Shown piece by piece: positions 30,831 through 40,285 of a stretch of 64,000 nt of DNA. The position numbers and the translations under genes are program-made. Each line of letters opens with the position of its first letter. The first letter of the stretch is position 1. This stretch comes from Candidatus Pullichristensenella excrementipullorum (GTDB taxonomy: Bacteria > Bacillota > Clostridia > Christensenellales > Aristaeellaceae). Where the stretch lies: the NCBI GenBank assembly GCA_018713365.1, contig DVOU01000025.1:34309-98308 (forward strand), written 5' to 3'. The notes under the pieces were generated by a model, which did no database searches, was not told where the DNA came from, and was given only the letters and a program-made list of their open reading frames with translations.

Positions 30831-32732
30831 ATGAAGCTGGTCATCAACGGTCAGGAAATGGAATTTGCCGAGGGCGCGAGCGCGCTGGACGTGCTGGACA
30901 AGCTGCCCAAGGAGGTAAAGAAGGAAGCGCTGGTGGCGCGCCACAATGGCAAGCTCATCTCGCTGATGGAGCCGCTGCCGGGCGACGGGGAACTGGAGAT
31001 CCTCACTTTTGACGACCCCGACGGCCGCTGGACGCTGCGCCACACCGCCAGCCATGTGCTGGCGCAGGCGGTCAAGGCCCTGCGCCCGGAGGCGAAGCTG
31101 GCCATCGGCCCGGCCATCGACAACGGCTTTTACTACGATTTTGACGTGGACGAGCCCTTCACGCCCGAGTTCCTCAAGGACGTGGAAAAGGAAATGAGCC
31201 GCATCATCAAGAAGAACTCCAAATTGGAGCGCTTCGAGCTGCCCCGCAAAGAGGCTTTGGAACTGATGAAGGACGAGCCGTACAAGGTGGAACTCATCAA
31301 CGACTTGCCTGAGGACAGCATCATCTCCTTCTATAAGCAGGAGGGCTTCACCGACCTGTGCGCCGGGCCGCACCTGCCCTCCACGGGCCGCATCAAGGCC
31401 TTCAAATTGATGTCCATCGCCGGCGCGTACTGGCGCGGCAACGAGAAAAACAAGATGCTGCAGCGCATCTACGGCACGGCCTTCACCAGCCGCGAGGACC
31501 TGGACGCCTATGTGCAGCGCCTTGAGGAGGCCAAGAAGCGCGATCATCGCAAGTTGGGCCGCCAGCTCGACCTGTTCGACATCTTTGACGAAGGCCCCGG
31601 CTTCCCCTTCTTCTTCCCCAAGGGCATGATCTTGCGCAACCTGCTGGAGGACTACTGGCGCGAGATCCACCGCAAGGCCGGCTATGAGGAGATCAAAACG
31701 CCGATGATTTTGAGCCGCAAACTCTGGGAGCAGTCCGGCCACTGGGATCACTATCAGGAGAACATGTACACCACCAAGATCGACGACGAGGACTTTGCCA
31801 TCAAGCCGATGAACTGCCCCGGCGGCATCCTCGTCTACAAGCGCCGCATGTGGAGCTACCGCGATCTGCCCATCCGCTCCGGCGAACTGGGCCTTGTCCA
31901 CCGCCACGAACTCTCCGGCGCGCTGCACGGGCTGATGCGCGTGCGCTGCTTTACGCAGGACGACGCCCACATCTTCATGACCCCGGAGCAGATCCGCGAT
32001 GAGATCAAGGGCGTCTACAAACTCATCGACGAGGTCTACTCGGTCTTTGGCTTCAAGTACCACGTCGAACTGTCCACCCGCCCGGAGAACTCCATCGGCA
32101 CGGACGAGATGTGGGAGCAGGCCACCGACGGCCTGCAGGGCGCGCTGGACGATCTGGGCGTGAAATACGTGGTCAACGAGGGCGACGGCGCCTTCTACGG
32201 CCCGAAGATCGACTTCCACCTCGAGGATTCCATCGGCCGCACCTGGCAGTGCGGCACCATCCAGCTGGACATGAACCTGCCCGAGCGCTTTGACCTTTCC
32301 TACATCGGCGCGGACGGCGAGAAGCATCGCCCGGTGATGATCCACCGCGTGGTGTTCGGCTCCATCGAGCGCTTCATCGGCATCCTCACCGAGCATTTTG
32401 CCGGCGCCTTCCCCCTCTGGCTGGCCCCGGTGCAGGCGAAGATCCTCACCATCACCGACCGCGCCGACGAGGCCGCCCTCAAATTGCAAAAGGCGCTGGA
32501 GGGCGCCGGCATCCGCACGGAGATCGACCTGCGCAATGAGAAGATCGGCTTCAAGCTGCGCGAGGCGCGCGTGATGAAGATCCCCTACATGCTGGTGCTG
32601 GGCGACAAGGAGGCCGCCGAAGGCACGGCGGCGGTGAGCGTGCGCGGCCAGCGCGACAGCATCGGCGCGATGACGGCGGAAGAACTCATCGCGCGCATGC
32701 AGGAGGAAGTGCGCACCCGCGCCATCTTCTAA
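30831..32732 (+). CDS. thrS: threonine--tRNA ligase
   Basis: 633 aa from the ATG at 30831 (RBS GGGAGG). It has a TGS domain (MKLVINGQEMEF..), the editing motif HTASHVLAQA, and class II catalytic motifs (FEEGPGFPFFFPKG, HRHELSGALHGLMRVR, QDDAHIF). Confidence 0.95.
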   Translation: MKLVINGQEMEFAEGASALDVLDKLPKEVKKEALVARHNGKLISLMEPLPGDGELEILTFDDPDGRWTLRHTASHVLAQAVKALRPEAKLAIGPAIDNGFYYDFDVDEPFTPEFLKDVEKEMSRIIKKNSKLERFELPRKEALELMKDEPYKVELINDLPEDSIISFYKQEGFTDLCAGPHLPSTGRIKAFKLMSIAGAYWRGNEKNKMLQRIYGTAFTSREDLDAYVQRLEEAKKRDHRKLGRQLDLFDIFDEGPGFPFFFPKGMILRNLLEDYWREIHRKAGYEEIKTPMILSRKLWEQSGHWDHYQENMYTTKIDDEDFAIKPMNCPGGILVYKRRMWSYRDLPIRSGELGLVHRHELSGALHGLMRVRCFTQDDAHIFMTPEQIRDEIKGVYKLIDEVYSVFGFKYHVELSTRPENSIGTDEMWEQATDGLQGALDDLGVKYVVNEGDGAFYGPKIDFHLEDSIGRTWQCGTIQLDMNLPERFDLSYIGADGEKHRPVMIHRVVFGSIERFIGILTEHFAGAFPLWLAPVQAKILTITDRADEAALKLQKALEGAGIRTEIDLRNEKIGFKLREARVMKIPYMLVLGDKEAAEGTAAVSVRGQRDSIGAMTAEELIARMQEEVRTRAIF

Positions 32733-32751
32733 GGCCCCTTGAAAACTGCAT

Positions 32752-32788
32752 GTCCCGCGGAAGAAACAGCTTCCGCGGGACGATTTTT
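32752..32788 (+). terminator. rho-independent terminator after thrS
   Basis: Hairpin gtcccgcggaag-aaac-agcttccgcgggac followed by gattttt. Confidence 0.75.
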
Positions 32789-32795
32789 GGGCATG

Positions 32796-32840
32796 CAAAG
32801 ACCCGGCGTGCAGCGCTGCGTTCGCCGGGTCTTTGCTTTT
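32796..32840. terminator. second hairpin between thrS and rodA
   Basis: Hairpin caaagacccggcg..cgccgggtctttg followed by ctttt on the + strand. It abuts the rodA stop codon. Confidence 0.45.
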
Positions 32841-32841
32841 C

Positions 32842-34077
32842 CTAGAGCCGCACTTCGCGGCTGGTGATGAGGCGGTTTTTGTGCTCGCGGCTGCGCGCGC
32901 GCATGACCACGTTCATCACCAGGCCGATGCCAAGCATATTGGTGATCATGTTGGAGCCTCCGTAGCTCATAAACGGCAGGGGGATGCCCGTGACCGGCAG
33001 AAGGCCGATGACCATGCAGATGTTCTCGACGATGTGGAACAAAAGCATCGATGCTACGCCGATGATGAGGTAGGAGCCGTAGGAGTCCTGCACGCGCATG
33101 GCCAGATAGAACAGGCGGCCAAGCAGCAGCATGTACAATACCACCAGCACGCAGGCGCCCACCATGCCGAAACTCTCGCAGCAGACGGCGAAGATGAAGT
33201 CCGTGTGGTCGTCGGAGATATAGCCCAGGGAGGCGTAGCTGCCGGGAGAGACGATGCCCTGCCCCCACATGCCGCCGCGGCCCACGGCGATGCCGGCGTT
33301 GATGACCTGCCGCGCCTCGTCCGGGTAGCTTTCGGGATCGAGCCAGATGAGGATGCGCATGAGGCGGAAGCTGTCCGTGGCGTTCATAAACGTCCACACC
33401 GGAATAATCAGCACCACCGCGCAGGCGAGCACGCCGAGGATGAGCTTGTAGTTCGTGCCGGAGACGAAGACCATGATGCAGAACACCGCCAGATACACCA
33501 GCGCCGTGCCCACGTCCGGCTGGGCGATGATCAGCAGAAGCGGTATGCCCATGTATACGACGAGGGGCAGAAGGTCGCGCACAGTCATCACCGGCTTGAC
33601 GCGCACGGCAAAGGCCTTGGCAAAGGCGATGATCATGGCGATCTTGCCGACCTCCGAAGGCTGGAACGTTCGCTCCGAACCGGAACCCCAGGTGAAGAAG
33701 GCGGTCATGCCGCCGCGCCCGGCCTCCATGCCCAGCACCACGACCAGGAGCACGATGTTGAGCACGTAAAACGTGTTGGCGTAGTGGCCGTAGAGGTCAT
33801 AGCCAAAGTAGATGATGACCATCATCGCCACGATGCCTACGCCCAGCCACATCAGCTGCAAGCGCGCGTAATCGACGGGCTGCGTTTCCAGCATCTCCAT
33901 GATGGTGGCCGGCGTTTCGGTGACGGATGTGGTGGTGGCGGAGAAGATGCACACCACGCCGAACAGCGCGATCACGAGCACGTTGAGAAACAACGGCCAG
34001 TCAAAGTAGCGCATCAGGCTTCGGTCGAACCGATTCAGGCGCACCTGCTTGACGAGCGCCGCGATCTTTTCCCGCAT
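32842..34077 (-). CDS. rodA: FtsW/RodA/SpoVE family peptidoglycan polymerase (rod shape-determining protein RodA)
   Basis: 411 aa polytopic protein. It has SEVGKIAMIIAFA and a C-terminal PLPFMSYGGSNMITNMLGIGLV motif. It is the last gene of the mre-mrd block. Confidence 0.85.
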   Translation of the reverse strand: MREKIAALVKQVRLNRFDRSLMRYFDWPLFLNVLVIALFGVVCIFSATTTSVTETPATIMEMLETQPVDYARLQLMWLGVGIVAMMVIIYFGYDLYGHYANTFYVLNIVLLVVVLGMEAGRGGMTAFFTWGSGSERTFQPSEVGKIAMIIAFAKAFAVRVKPVMTVRDLLPLVVYMGIPLLLIIAQPDVGTALVYLAVFCIMVFVSGTNYKLILGVLACAVVLIIPVWTFMNATDSFRLMRILIWLDPESYPDEARQVINAGIAVGRGGMWGQGIVSPGSYASLGYISDDHTDFIFAVCCESFGMVGACVLVVLYMLLLGRLFYLAMRVQDSYGSYLIIGVASMLLFHIVENICMVIGLLPVTGIPLPFMSYGGSNMITNMLGIGLVMNVVMRARSREHKNRLITSREVRL

Positions 34078-34094
34078 TGCTTGGCTCCTTTGCG

Positions 34095-36623
34095 TCAGTC
34101 GGCGATGGAGAACTCCGTCTCCGCTTCGGTGGACTCATAGCCGCCGTAGTTGTCCAGATAATAGGTGATCGTCTCAATGGCGGCGCTGCCCGAGCGCGCG
34201 CCGGCGTAGCCGTTCTGTATGTAGACGACCACGGCGATCTTCGGATCCTCCACAGGCGCGTAGCAGACCAGCCAGGAGTTGTTCTCCACGTCGATCTCGG
34301 TTCGCTGGGAGGTACCGGTCTTGGCGGCGATCGTGTACTTGGAATTCTTGAACTGCTCGGCGGCGGTGCCGTCGTTTTCGACGGAGGTCACGTTGACCAT
34401 GCCCTCCTGGATGAGCTCGAAGTACTCCGGATCCGTCTCGATCTGGTTGGCGACGACCGGCTCCTTGTCGACCACCACGGTGCCGTCCGGGGCGATGATC
34501 TTGTCGATGATCTGCGCGTCGTAGACCGTGCCGCCGTTGGCGATGGCGGAGACGTAGCGCGCCGCGGCGATGGGCGTGATCTGCGTGATCGACTGGCCGA
34601 TGCCGAGCATGATCGTCTCGTTGGGCGTCCAGTAGAGGTCGGCGATGTAGCTGGCCACGGTGTTGCCAAGGAAATTGGAGGAGATATACTGCACCGGCAG
34701 GTTGAGGTCGTAGACCAGCACCTCGCGGATGGGCGCGTTCCACTCCACGCGGTTGTCGTAGCTGACGGCGATATCCATCAGCTTTTTCACCACTTCGTCC
34801 ACGCGCTCCTCGTCGTATTCGATGTTGCGCTCCTCGCCGATCTCGGCGATGAGGTTGCGCAGGGCCGTAGCCACGACCATGGGCTTGGTGGTCATCTGGT
34901 CCTCGATGGCCACGTCCGGATCATAGAGGGCGTCCTGATTGCCGACAAAGCTGGTGGACTCGCCCGGCAATTCGATGTTCGTGCGCGATGTAAGGCCCAG
35001 CGCCGCCGCCCATTCGTTGAGCGTCTGCATGCCTGTGCGGTAGCTCACTTCATAGAAGAAGTAGTTGCAGGAGTTGGAAAGGCCCTCCACCACCGTCTGG
35101 TTCTGGTGGTTCTGAGGATAAGACGTCCAGCACTTGGCGGGGTTGGCGGTATCCGTCTTGGTGTAGTAGCCTTCGTCGTCGATCGTCTCGGTCTTGCTGA
35201 GGTTGCCGGAGGCCAAGCCCGCCAGCGCCGTGCAGAGCTTGAAGCAGGAACCCGGGGCGTCCTTGGCGCTGATGACGCGATCGAACAGGGGGTTGTTGTC
35301 GTCGGCGAGTATCTGCGCCCAGGCGCCGGAATCGACGCTGCCGCCCTCGAAGATGGAAAGGTCATAGTCCGGCAGGCTGACGTAGCCCAGCACGCGGCCG
35401 GAGTTGGGGTCCATGGCGATCATGGCGCCGGAGTCGGCCAGCTGCACTTCGTGGCCCATGTCCTCATAGCGGGCCAGTTCGGAGGCGTTGCGGCGCTGCC
35501 AGCTGCTGCCGGACATGACATCGCGCTGCTGGTAGTTGATGGAGTTGATGACGTTTTGCAGGGCGTTGCGCATGACATCCTGCAGCTCCGAATCAATGGT
35601 CAGCACCACGGAGTTGCCGTCCACCGGCGCGGTGTAGGAAAGCTCGCGCACGATCTTGCCGCGCGTGTCGATCTCCACCACGCGCTCGCCCTGCCGGTAG
35701 GAGACGTAGGGCGAAAGCTGATCTTCCATGGACTTTTCGATGCCGGAAACGCCGACGATGGCGTCGTTGGGATAGCCCTTGGCGGAGTATTCCTCCATGT
35801 CGCTCCGGGAATTGATGCGGCCCACATAGCCCACGGCGTGGGCGGCGGTGCGGCCCTGCGGGTAGACGCGGGTGGAACTTTCCTCGGCGGACATGCCGTC
35901 CAGCTCCATGGCGCGGGCCTCGATCTCCGAGACGGTCTCAAAGCCGACATCGTAGGCGATGGCCACGGGGCGGGAATTGTAGTTGTTCATGCGCGAGGTC
36001 TGCCAGATGGCGAGGATCTTGACGATCACGTCCTCGTATTGCGTGACGATGTCCTCGTCGGAGAGGCCGGCGGCGGCGTCCGCGCCCTGTTCCTCGGCGA
36101 TCTCCTCGCGCAGAACGTCCACGATGAGGTACTTGTCCAGCAGGGCGTCGAACAGTTCTTCCTCCGGCGTATTGGTGAGGTAGAAATTGGCGCGCCACTG
36201 GCTCTCGCGGGTGGCGTTGACCGATTCGGACGTGGAATTGGTGGAAAAGCGCCACACGCCATCTTCGTCCTTCTTCAGCCAGAACTCGGTGATGGTGGAT
36301 TTGCCGTTGGACTCCACGAGCTGGATGGTCTTGAGGATGGAGCGGGTGTAGCCCTTGCGGTCCGCCTCCGAGCTGCGCGAGGGATCGCGGTAGAAGGTTA
36401 CGTTGTAACTGCGCCGGTCGTAGGCCAGCGGCGTCATGTTGACATCATAGATGGTGCCGCGCATGCCGGTGACGGAGAGCGTCTTGGTCGAGCGCGAAGT
36501 GGCGCGGGCGGTGGACGACTCCTGACCGTCGATCATCAGTCTGTCCAGGCGGAAGAACACCGCCGTGAAGGCGATCAGCAGCACGACGCAGACGATGAGT
36601 ACGCGGTTTTTAAAGGGCCTCAA
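34095..36623 (-). CDS. mrdA: penicillin-binding protein 2 (elongation transpeptidase)
   Basis: It has a TM anchor VLIVCVVLLIAFTAVFF and active-site motifs SCFK (SxxK), SNSCN (SxN) and KTGTS (KTG). The TTG start at 36623 is preceded by GGGAGGTGA and overlaps the mreD stop (TTGA). The track ORF extends further upstream. Confidence 0.85.
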   Translation of the reverse strand: MRPFKNRVLIVCVVLLIAFTAVFFRLDRLMIDGQESSTARATSRSTKTLSVTGMRGTIYDVNMTPLAYDRRSYNVTFYRDPSRSSEADRKGYTRSILKTIQLVESNGKSTITEFWLKKDEDGVWRFSTNSTSESVNATRESQWRANFYLTNTPEEELFDALLDKYLIVDVLREEIAEEQGADAAAGLSDEDIVTQYEDVIVKILAIWQTSRMNNYNSRPVAIAYDVGFETVSEIEARAMELDGMSAEESSTRVYPQGRTAAHAVGYVGRINSRSDMEEYSAKGYPNDAIVGVSGIEKSMEDQLSPYVSYRQGERVVEIDTRGKIVRELSYTAPVDGNSVVLTIDSELQDVMRNALQNVINSINYQQRDVMSGSSWQRRNASELARYEDMGHEVQLADSGAMIAMDPNSGRVLGYVSLPDYDLSIFEGGSVDSGAWAQILADDNNPLFDRVISAKDAPGSCFKLCTALAGLASGNLSKTETIDDEGYYTKTDTANPAKCWTSYPQNHQNQTVVEGLSNSCNYFFYEVSYRTGMQTLNEWAAALGLTSRTNIELPGESTSFVGNQDALYDPDVAIEDQMTTKPMVVATALRNLIAEIGEERNIEYDEERVDEVVKKLMDIAVSYDNRVEWNAPIREVLVYDLNLPVQYISSNFLGNTVASYIADLYWTPNETIMLGIGQSITQITPIAAARYVSAIANGGTVYDAQIIDKIIAPDGTVVVDKEPVVANQIETDPEYFELIQEGMVNVTSVENDGTAAEQFKNSKYTIAAKTGTSQRTEIDVENNSWLVCYAPVEDPKIAVVVYIQNGYAGARSGSAAIETITYYLDNYGGYESTEAETEFSIAD

Positions 36624-37174
36624 AAGGACTTCACCTCCCGTTTGGCGGATGTGCGCCGGTAACGCGCTCCCCTGCCCAGCACGATGCGCGACTCGATGGG
36701 GCCGAGCAGCATGCAAAGGGCCGTGGTGAGCAGCGTGCGGATGAGTATGTTGAGAAAGTATATTCCTTCGATGCGCGCGGTGCCGAAATACTGGTAGGCG
36801 TAGATGACCAGTTCGCGCACGAGCGCCATGCCCAGAAACGTCAGCGCCCGGCGCAGGTAGACGCGCGAGGGGCGACGGCGGGCGCGCACTTCCTCCGGCT
36901 CATAGGCGATGAGCCCGGCGAGGAAGCCCAGGGCGATGTAGACGAAGGTGTTGAAGCCGAGCTGGTAGCCGACCAGTATATCCTGCAAAAGGCCGGCGAT
37001 GAGCCCGTAGAGCATGCCGTGCATGCGGTCAAGGTGTACGCCCATGACCAGCACGGTGATGAACGTAAGCGAGACGATGTAGGGACTGCTGACGAGGAAG
37101 GGGATGACCGATGTATCCACCATCAGCGAAAGCAGCGTGAGTACCGCCGGCCATATGCGTCTGCGCACGGTCAT
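36620..37174 (-). CDS. mreD: rod shape-determining protein MreD
   Basis: 184 aa, with five hydrophobic helices. It sits between mreC and mrdA. Confidence 0.75.
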   Translation of the reverse strand: MTVRRRIWPAVLTLLSLMVDTSVIPFLVSSPYIVSLTFITVLVMGVHLDRMHGMLYGLIAGLLQDILVGYQLGFNTFVYIALGFLAGLIAYEPEEVRARRRPSRVYLRRALTFLGMALVRELVIYAYQYFGTARIEGIYFLNILIRTLLTTALCMLLGPIESRIVLGRGARYRRTSAKREVKSF

Positions 37175-37204
37175 CCCTCCTTCTTCACAAAATGTTCAGG
37201 TCGT

Positions 37205-38302
37205 TCAGCTCTCGGCCCAGATGTCCTCGGGCAGGTCTTCGTAGACGGGGCCGGTGGGCGCGCCGCCCTCGGGGATGGCCGTCGGGAAGACGAAAATGTT
37301 CTCGTCCGTCTGCGTTTCGCCCGCCGCCGCGGAAGGCGCGGGCGTCGCCGTGCGCACGGGCACGGGCGTGGGCGTGGTCACCACGGGCAGGCCCTGTTCT
37401 TCGTCCGTCTCCACCACGGTGCGGAGGATGAGTACTTCCTCGATGTGCTGGAAATCCACGCTGGGCATGGCGATGACGTAACTGCCGGCGGTATCCGTGG
37501 CGCGGCTGACCGCCGTGACGGTGCCGACCTGTATGCCCTTGGGATAGAGCGAATCCGTGCCCGAGGTGATGAGCGTATCGCCCGGGACGATGTTGGCGAT
37601 GTTCTGCACGTAGTTGACGTAGCACTCCGCGCTCTCGGACGTGGCCGTGATCTGGCCGCGCATCACGCCATTGTCGCGCGTGCGCTCGATCAGGCAGGAG
37701 ACGGCGCTGCGCGAGTCGATGATGGTAAGCACCTTGGCGTAGTTGAGGCCCGCTTCGTAGACGCGGCCCACCAGCCCGTCGCCGGTGACCACCGCCATGC
37801 CGACGCTGACGCCATCGTTGGTGCCGCGGTTGACGGAAAAGGTGTCGAACCACTGGCCCGGATCGCGGGCAATGACGCGCGCGTAGATGGGGTCCAGTTC
37901 CTCATAGCGCTCCTGCGCGTCGAGCAGGCCGAGCAGCCGCTGGTTCTCGACGAGCGCTTCCTCGGCGCTCTGCAGTTCGAGGCTGAGCTGCTGGTTCTCC
38001 AAAAACAGTTCCTGATAATTTGCTTCCAGTTCGTCGTAGTTGCGCCAACCCTGAAAGAGGTCGCGCACCCATTTGGTGGCGGAGCTGAAGGCGTTTTGCA
38101 GCGGGGAAAACGCGCTGCCGATGGCGTTTTCGCCCACCGATGCGCCCTCGCCGCCGCGCAAAACCAGAAAGACCACCGCCAACACCACGACCGCCAGCAC
38201 CGCCACCACGAAGATGGCCCGGCGGATGGTGTTGCCGCGCGCGCGGCGCTGTTTGTCCACCTGCGCCTGGGAATAGGCGCGACCCGTGCTTTTCTTTGCC
38301 AT
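37205..38302 (-). CDS. mreC: rod shape-determining protein MreC
   Basis: 365 aa from the ATG at 38302. It has a TM anchor, a coiled coil (ELEANYQELFLENQQLSLELQSAEE), and beta-barrel motifs VVTGDGLVGRV and LITSGTDSLYPKGIQVG. Confidence 0.85.
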   Translation of the reverse strand: MAKKSTGRAYSQAQVDKQRRARGNTIRRAIFVVAVLAVVVLAVVFLVLRGGEGASVGENAIGSAFSPLQNAFSSATKWVRDLFQGWRNYDELEANYQELFLENQQLSLELQSAEEALVENQRLLGLLDAQERYEELDPIYARVIARDPGQWFDTFSVNRGTNDGVSVGMAVVTGDGLVGRVYEAGLNYAKVLTIIDSRSAVSCLIERTRDNGVMRGQITATSESAECYVNYVQNIANIVPGDTLITSGTDSLYPKGIQVGTVTAVSRATDTAGSYVIAMPSVDFQHIEEVLILRTVVETDEEQGLPVVTTPTPVPVRTATPAPSAAAGETQTDENIFVFPTAIPEGGAPTGPVYEDLPEDIWAES

Positions 38303-38313
38303 GTGCGTTCCCC

Positions 38314-39354
38314 TTACAGCTCGATGAGGCAACCCGACCGCTTGAGCCGGAAAGCCAGCCGCTCATCCGCGGCGATGGCGCCCGCGCCGGAGGCCACGTC
38401 GTCCTCGGGCGATTCGCTCATGTGGACGGGCATGCTCAAAAGCTCGCTGAGACGCTCGCGCAGGCCGTCGAGGCGCGCGCCGCCCCCGCAAAGGCAGATG
38501 CCGCGCTCAAGGACGTCCGCCGCCAGTTCCGGCGGCGTGTTCTCAAACGCCTCGCGGATGTTTTCCAGCAACATGGTCAGCGGCGGGAGGATGGCTTTGT
38601 CCACGTCCCGCGCCGAGACGGTCACGGTGGAGGGCTTGCCCGAGCGCACGTCGCGGCCGCGCAGAAGCACGTCTTCGACATTTTCAGCGCGTTCCTGCCG
38701 GGCGGAGCCGATGTCTATTTTGAGATCCTCCGCCGTGCGCTGGCCGATGACCAGACCCTTTTCGTTGCGTATGTAGCGGATGATGGCCTCGTCCAGCGCC
38801 ATACCGCCGGTGCGCACCGAGCGCGAGGCGACGACGCCGTCTGCGGAGAGAACGGCCACTTCCGTGGTGGAGCCGCCAATATCGACCACCATGACGCCCT
38901 TGGGCTCGTCGATGGCCACGCCCGCGCCCACCGCCGCCGCCACCGTGGAACGGACCAGCGAGGCGCGGCGCGCGCCCAACGCGCGAACGGCTTCCTCCAG
39001 CGCGGCGCGCTCCACGCGCGTCACGCCCAGACCCATGGATACCACCACGCGGGTGCGGTCCAGCGCCCGGCGGCGGCCGATGGCCTTTTCGGAAAGCTCG
39101 CGCAAAAGCGTGGTGGCCATGTCTATATCGCCCACTGCGCCGTCCATCACCGGAGAAAAGAGCATGGCAGCCTGCGGCGTGCGCCCCAGCATCTGCCGGG
39201 CGTCGCGCCCACAGGCCAGCACATTGTCCGGGTCATCGCGCGCGGCCAGCACGTAGCTCGGCTCGCGCAGCACCACGCCCTCGCTCTCCAGAAAGATCGT
39301 CACGTTGGCGGAGCCAAGGTCTATGCCCACGCCGCCGGATGAAAAAACGCCCAT
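38314..39354 (-). CDS. mreB: rod shape-determining protein MreB (actin-like ATPase)
   Basis: 346 aa. Motifs are GIDLGSANVTIF, VVDIGGSTTEVAVLS and ICLCGGGARLDGL. Confidence 0.9.
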   Translation of the reverse strand: MGVFSSGGVGIDLGSANVTIFLESEGVVLREPSYVLAARDDPDNVLACGRDARQMLGRTPQAAMLFSPVMDGAVGDIDMATTLLRELSEKAIGRRRALDRTRVVVSMGLGVTRVERAALEEAVRALGARRASLVRSTVAAAVGAGVAIDEPKGVMVVDIGGSTTEVAVLSADGVVASRSVRTGGMALDEAIIRYIRNEKGLVIGQRTAEDLKIDIGSARQERAENVEDVLLRGRDVRSGKPSTVTVSARDVDKAILPPLTMLLENIREAFENTPPELAADVLERGICLCGGGARLDGLRERLSELLSMPVHMSESPEDDVASGAGAIAADERLAFRLKRSGCLIEL

Positions 39355-39372
39355 CTGTGCCCCTCCGCTTCG

Positions 39373-39948
39373 TCAGCCTTCGCCGGTGAACGCGCGCAGC
39401 ATGCGCTCCACATCGTCCACGGGAAAGCCCATCACGTTTTCAAAGGAACCGTCCAGCCCCTCGACGAACGCGCCCGCGCCGCCCTGTATGCCATAGGCGC
39501 CGGCCTTGTCCATCGGCTCGCCGGTACGGATGTAATCCCATATCTCTTCGTCTGTCAGCTCGCGGAAGCGCACGGCGGTTTTGACTTCCTCGACCATTTC
39601 GCGCCCCGTGGCCGCGTCGTGCAGGCAGACGCCGGTAAAGACCTCGTGCGCGCGGCCGGAGAGGGCGCGCAGCATGGCGTGCGCCTCGTTTTCATCGGCG
39701 GGCTTGCCAAGGGGCCTTCCGTCCAGAGAGACCAGCGTGTCCGAGGCGATGATCACGCCCCGCGCGTAATGCGAAGCCGCCGCGCGCGCCTTGCGCACGG
39801 CCAGCGTTTTGACGATGTCCTCCGCGCGGCCCTCGACATGCTCATCCACATCCGGCGCGCAGATCTCAAACGCATATCCCATGCGGCTGAGCAGCTCGCG
39901 CCGGCGCGGCGAGGCCGAGGCCAGGATCAGCGCAAACGGCTGTTCCAT
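39373..39948 (-). CDS. maf: Maf family nucleoside-triphosphate pyrophosphatase (septum formation protein)
   Basis: 191 aa from the ATG at 39948. Motifs are LILASASPRRRELL, IIASDTLVSLDGRPLGKP and DKAGAYGIQG. Confidence 0.9.
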   Translation of the reverse strand: MEQPFALILASASPRRRELLSRMGYAFEICAPDVDEHVEGRAEDIVKTLAVRKARAAASHYARGVIIASDTLVSLDGRPLGKPADENEAHAMLRALSGRAHEVFTGVCLHDAATGREMVEEVKTAVRFRELTDEEIWDYIRTGEPMDKAGAYGIQGGAGAFVEGLDGSFENVMGFPVDDVERMLRAFTGEG

Positions 39949-40046
39949 CCCCGATCGCCTCCCTGAAATATCCGCGACTGTGCATGAATACAGTCGTTCT
40001 TTCTGATTATAACACATCCCTCTGTTATTTGGAAAGCAAATTCAGG

Positions 40047-40283
40047 CTATGTTCCCGTTTTGTCACATAAATGCCCGAAGCCTTCAAGCAGCATAAGCGC
40101 GCGGGGATAGAGGGCGTCGAGGGCGCAGCCGCACGTTCCGCAGACGGCCCGCGCGCGCAGGATGGCCTCGCGCAACGCCGCGGCGGACGCCTTTCCTTCG
40201 AGAAATTGCCGCGCGGGGACGGCCAGTTCGTCCCAGCCCGAGGCGGCGAACGTTTGGAGGATGTCCAGCAGCTCCTGATCCAT
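40047..40283 (-). CDS. small hypothetical protein (78 aa, CGTCGC motif)
   Basis: The ATG at 40283 has a GGAGGAGGG RBS. It starts 2 nt after the stop of the upstream FAD protein gene. No family recognised. Confidence 0.45.
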   Translation of the reverse strand: MDQELLDILQTFAASGWDELAVPARQFLEGKASAAALREAILRARAVCGTCGCALDALYPRALMLLEGFGHLCDKTGT

Positions 40284-40285
40284 GA

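Noticed and set aside
34077-36662. 861 aa plus-strand ORF over mrdA
   Set aside because: It is antisense to PBP2, which carries the SxxK/SxN/KTG motifs. It is a shadow frame.
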